A stretch of 64,000 nt of DNA, from assembly GCA_002746295.2 (NCBI GenBank), contig NVWS02000073.1, forward strand, positions 12,953 to 76,952. The letters run 5' to 3'. The notes below the pieces were generated by a model that was not told where the DNA came from, did no database searches, and saw only the letters and a list, made by a program, of their open reading frames with translations. This DNA is from Zetaproteobacteria bacterium (lineage in GTDB: Bacteria > Pseudomonadota > Zetaproteobacteria > Mariprofundales > Mariprofundaceae). A program made the translations under genes and the position numbers. This document shows, piece by piece, positions 60,464 through 64,000 of this stretch (position 1 is the first letter of the stretch; each line of letters starts with the position of its first letter).

Positions 60464-62434
60464 ATGTGGTATAAAATTCCCTTTTTACTGTTGATATGCC
60501 TAATGATTTCTCTGCCTGTGCAGGCAAGCAATCGGGTGCATGGTGTTCGTGTTTTTTTAAACAATGGAGACCCAGACCAAGCGATTCTTACCGCACAATC
60601 GTTGTTGGATACTCCCGATGTATCGCGTGATGAACGTTTTTCTTTACTTTCCCTGATTGCTTATGCCGAAGAAATGCGTGCGCAAGCCAAACATTATGAA
60701 TATGTCAAAAAAGCGATAGAAGCATTGAAAAATTTGGAAAAGGCTTTTCCACAACGTGTGAAAAAAGCCCCGTTGCATTGGCGAATGATTTGGTTGCATT
60801 GGAAACACGGTGATGACAAAGCTGCTTTGCGTATGTCGAGTAATTTACGTTCAGATTACCCAGATCGCCCCGAAGCCATGCAAGCAGCGATGTTGATGGC
60901 GCGTATTTATATTCAACAACATAAATATGATGAAGCACGTTCAAATTTGATGCGTTATGGCTTGGGTGCAAACAAGGGCAGTCGTGAAGAAGCGTTAACC
61001 CAAGCTTGGATTGCGGTGGTGGATGTGGCTGAAAAACGTTATTCCACAGCAGTGGATCAATTCAATCGGGTGTATCGTCATTTTCCAGATGTGATTAAAG
61101 ATGATGAACGTGTTTTCTCGGTTTATATTCAAGCCTTGGATCATGTTGGACTGCATGCGGATGCTTTGGCAAAGGCCGATGTATTTTTGAGTACTTACCT
61201 TGAAGGGGATGCACTGGTGAAAATTCGTCTTTTGCGTGCGGACTTGTGGGTGTTGCTTAAGAAAGCGCCACAAGCGCGTATTGAACGTGAGTATAATGTG
61301 TTGTCGGAAACGCAGGCGGAAACATCGATAGGCAAGCAAGCTTTTATGCGTAAATTGATGTTGGTGCATGCTGAAAGTCAGAGCTATTATGCGTTAAAGC
61401 CGGTTATTATTGCTTTGAAAAGGATTGCAGATCGCAATCAACTTTCACCTGTAGAAAATGAAGCCTTGTATGACTTGGGTATATTGTGGGAACGTTTGAG
61501 TCAAAGTGATCCCGAACATGCACCGAAACAATCCGCTACGGCAGGCTTGGATGCCTTTGCACGTGTTGCGAACTCTGATATTTCAGATTTTCGCAAGGCA
61601 TCGCATCGCATGGGAACGGCTTTATTTAACCAACGTTTGAATGTAGCTGCGGCAGAAAACCAGTGGGAAAAAGAGGTCGCATTGTGGGAGCGATATCCGA
61701 GGTTGCGTGAAAATGATGACGTGGTGAAAGAGCGTGCTTTTGATGTGGCGCATGCCTTACGTATGCTGATGGACTATCAACAATCTGAGGCTTTGTTGAA
61801 TAAATTATATAAAGATGCTGGTGATACGGTTTGGGGTCAAAAAATTATGCTGGAGCGTGCCAACCTATGGATGGATCGCGGGGATGCGGATGGTGTTGGA
61901 CGTATTTTAGCTTGGCTGGATGCCCATCAATACACCTTATATCGCCCTGAAATGTTGCTTCTGGTTGCGCAAATGCAGTTAACGGAAGGCAATGCTACGG
62001 TGGCATCCCAAAGTTTGGTTGGCGTGTCGGTGGATGATGTTGCCAAGGAAGATCGGCAACGTTATTGGCAAATTAATGCGGATATCAATGAAGCATTGAA
62101 TCATTGGCATGTGGCGGCAAAGGCATGGCGAAAATATGGGCAGAGTGAAGGGGCTGATGTAGGTGTAGCCTTGATTCGTGAAGCAGATGCTTTATTTCGC
62201 GCACAAAGTTATAAGGCGGCACTTGAGCGTTATAAGCGCGTAAAAAAAGAAAAACAAGATGCAGCTTGGCAATATCATGTTGCGATGTGTCAGTTGAAGA
62301 CGGGGGAGGATGCTGTGGCTTTATCCAAACTAGAGATGTTAACACAAAATAAAGATGCGGGCATTTATGCTTCATTGGCATCCATGGAGTTGGCAGACCG
62401 TAAAGCACGGGATATTTTGCAGGCACGCCCATGA
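60464..62434 (+). CDS. secreted TPR-like repeat protein
   Basis: ORF 60410..62434. ATG 60464 gives the signal peptide MWYKIPFLLLICLMISLPVQA. The rest is all-alpha, repeat-like, and rich in A/L/Y/W pairs typical of TPR/Sel1-type solenoids. Confidence 0.65.
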   Translation: MWYKIPFLLLICLMISLPVQASNRVHGVRVFLNNGDPDQAILTAQSLLDTPDVSRDERFSLLSLIAYAEEMRAQAKHYEYVKKAIEALKNLEKAFPQRVKKAPLHWRMIWLHWKHGDDKAALRMSSNLRSDYPDRPEAMQAAMLMARIYIQQHKYDEARSNLMRYGLGANKGSREEALTQAWIAVVDVAEKRYSTAVDQFNRVYRHFPDVIKDDERVFSVYIQALDHVGLHADALAKADVFLSTYLEGDALVKIRLLRADLWVLLKKAPQARIEREYNVLSETQAETSIGKQAFMRKLMLVHAESQSYYALKPVIIALKRIADRNQLSPVENEALYDLGILWERLSQSDPEHAPKQSATAGLDAFARVANSDISDFRKASHRMGTALFNQRLNVAAAENQWEKEVALWERYPRLRENDDVVKERAFDVAHALRMLMDYQQSEALLNKLYKDAGDTVWGQKIMLERANLWMDRGDADGVGRILAWLDAHQYTLYRPEMLLLVAQMQLTEGNATVASQSLVGVSVDDVAKEDRQRYWQINADINEALNHWHVAAKAWRKYGQSEGADVGVALIREADALFRAQSYKAALERYKRVKKEKQDAAWQYHVAMCQLKTGEDAVALSKLEMLTQNKDAGIYASLASMELADRKARDILQARP

Positions 62435-63801
62435 ATCAATCACCTGTTTATTTGATTGATTTCCCTGTGAATGTGGATGCGGATATGCGTGTCCAACTGG
62501 GGCGTTTATTACCTGATACTGCGGTCACTTCATATCAACAACAAGAAATTTTTGTGTTGGGTCAAGAAGATTGGCCAGCAGAAGAAAATGCGGTGATTCT
62601 ACTGTGGGATAGCATCATGGTGGTTGCGTTGGTGCGTCGTTTGTTTGAAAAACAACCGCAAGCCAATGTGGTGGTGTTGGCTGGACTGGGTGATCCTGAA
62701 CGCGGTAGTGATGTGATGGCATTGGGTGCAATGGATTATCGCATGCTTCCTTGCCCCGATGAGGTGATGGGCATTTATGTCCGTAAAGCGGGTCATCAAG
62801 CGGAACTCACGCGGCAAGCTGAAACGCAACGACAAGGCAGTGATTTATTTATCACACAAGATATTGAAACACGGCGATTGCTAGACCAAGTGGCTTTGGT
62901 TGCACCCAGCCAAGCTTCCGTTTTGGTGGTGGGAGAATCGGGTACAGGTAAGGAACGATTATCACGTTATATTCATCAATGTTCCAATCGGCGTGACCGT
63001 GCCTTTGTTGCGATTAATTGTGCAGCGATTCCCGATGGCATGTTGGAATCTGAATTGTTTGGGCATGAAAAGGGTGCGTTTACAGGGGCAGTACAGTCAC
63101 GCCCTGGTAAATTTGAAATTGCCCATGAAGGCACCATTTTGTTGGATGAAATCACTGAAATGCCCTTACATTTACAAGCAAAATTATTGCGCGTGTTGCA
63201 AGAAGGTGAAGTGGATCGCTTGGGTGCTCGTAAACCTGTGCAAGTCGATGTGCGTGTGATTGCAACCAGCAATCGAAACATTGAGCAAACCGTTGCCGAT
63301 GGCGGATTTCGTCAGGATTTATTTTACCGTTTGAATGTGGTGACCATTCAACTGCCACCTTTACGTCATCGTTTGATAGATATTGAGCCATTGGCGCATC
63401 ATTTTTTACTGAAATTTTCAGATATGTATCACAAACCCTCGCCCAAAGTACCCCGTGCCGTGCTTCAAAGTCTTCAGAAATATGCTTGGCCAGGCAATGT
63501 TCGCGAACTCGAAAATTGTATGCACCGTGCCTTTTTGATGAGTTTGGATGGTGTCTTGCATGCGGAACACTTGGGTTTCTCTAGGCTACCCCAAGCCACA
63601 TCGAATGTGGAAGTTTCTGCCGCTATGGATATGGAAGCTGGGATGACGATTCGGGATATGGAACGTGCATTGATTGAGCAAACATTAAAGCATGTGCAGG
63701 GAAACCGTACAGAAGCAGCCAAATTGTTGGGCATTAGCATTCGTACACTGCGTAATAAATTAAATGATTATAAGAGTGGCACTCCCCTTGCTGTAGTATG
63801 A
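62431..63801 (+). CDS. sigma-54-dependent activator with degenerate receiver (FleQ/FlrA-like)
   Basis: 456 aa. The N-terminal ~125 aa is REC-sized but lacks the acidic pair (PVYLIDFPVN). AAA+ GESGTGKE, GAFTGA, LLDEITEM; HTH NRTEAAKLLGISIRTL. ATGA overlap with the TPR gene; flgB is 88 nt downstream. Confidence 0.85.
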   Translation: MNQSPVYLIDFPVNVDADMRVQLGRLLPDTAVTSYQQQEIFVLGQEDWPAEENAVILLWDSIMVVALVRRLFEKQPQANVVVLAGLGDPERGSDVMALGAMDYRMLPCPDEVMGIYVRKAGHQAELTRQAETQRQGSDLFITQDIETRRLLDQVALVAPSQASVLVVGESGTGKERLSRYIHQCSNRRDRAFVAINCAAIPDGMLESELFGHEKGAFTGAVQSRPGKFEIAHEGTILLDEITEMPLHLQAKLLRVLQEGEVDRLGARKPVQVDVRVIATSNRNIEQTVADGGFRQDLFYRLNVVTIQLPPLRHRLIDIEPLAHHFLLKFSDMYHKPSPKVPRAVLQSLQKYAWPGNVRELENCMHRAFLMSLDGVLHAEHLGFSRLPQATSNVEVSAAMDMEAGMTIRDMERALIEQTLKHVQGNRTEAAKLLGISIRTLRNKLNDYKSGTPLAVV

Positions 63802-63888
63802 TAAATGATGCTCAAAATAATTCTCGCATCACTTCCGTCATAAATTTGACGAAATGCTCGCGAGAATGATGAAGCTCAGGAGGAAAGC

Positions 63889-64000
63889 ATGCCTCAAACC
63901 TTATTTGGTGCAGGATTTTTAAGATTAGAATCAGCCATGGCGGCGAGAGAGCAGGTACAGAATGTATATGCTTCCAACATCGCCAATGCGGATACGCCCA
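63889..64000 (+). CDS. flgB: flagellar basal-body rod protein FlgB (5' part, cut by window edge)
   Basis: Not in the ORF track. My translation gives MPQTLFGAGFLRLESAMAAREQVQNVYASNIANADTP, with AGGAGG 6 nt upstream. SNIANADTPGY is the rod-protein signature. Confidence 0.85.
   Translation, partial: MPQTLFGAGFLRLESAMAAREQVQNVYASNIANADTP

Noticed and set aside
1-64000. Scan for CRISPR arrays, integrases, phage structural genes, restriction-modification or toxin-antitoxin pairs
   Set aside because: I saw no regularly spaced direct repeats and no ORFs with those signatures. The only mobile-DNA trace is the IS200-type pseudogene.

Overview
All calls below rest on reading the six-frame translations and the raw sequence by eye; no HMM, BLAST or folding was run. 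The window is a chromosomal segment of a Gram-negative, proteobacterial-type genome. I cannot place the lineage more precisely.

The core is housekeeping:
- A complete str-S10-spc-alpha ribosomal superoperon runs from rpsL to rplQ (36.0-54.4 kb). It is preceded by tpiA-secG-tRNA-Leu(GAG).
- A cobalamin-riboswitch-controlled B12 uptake operon (btuB-tonB-btuFCD) lies at 12.3-17.6 kb.
- Next come ppnP, ilvE and gph-thiE-thiD, then mlaFEDC followed by a YhdP/AsmA-like giant protein.
- A minus-strand block carries ymdB, 5-formyl-THF cyclo-ligase, 6S RNA, zapA, a zapB-like gene and ccdA.

The less ordinary parts are:
1. A translationally coupled SemiSWEET-like / HAD phosphatase / LRR-protein-kinase operon (0.55-3.0 kb).
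2. A TonB-dependent receptor, periplasmic binding protein and hybrid histidine kinase module (5.9-11.2 kb). It has a paralogous kinase at 31.1-34.5 kb in which a binding domain is fused.
3. A family of about 70-77 bp palindromic intergenic repeats, with three copies.
4. A decayed IS200-type tnpA directly upstream of the B12 riboswitch.
5. A flagellar regulatory cluster in which two sigma-54 activators flank a secreted TPR protein just upstream of flgB (59.0-64.0 kb).

No CRISPR array, prophage or recognisable defence island was seen.
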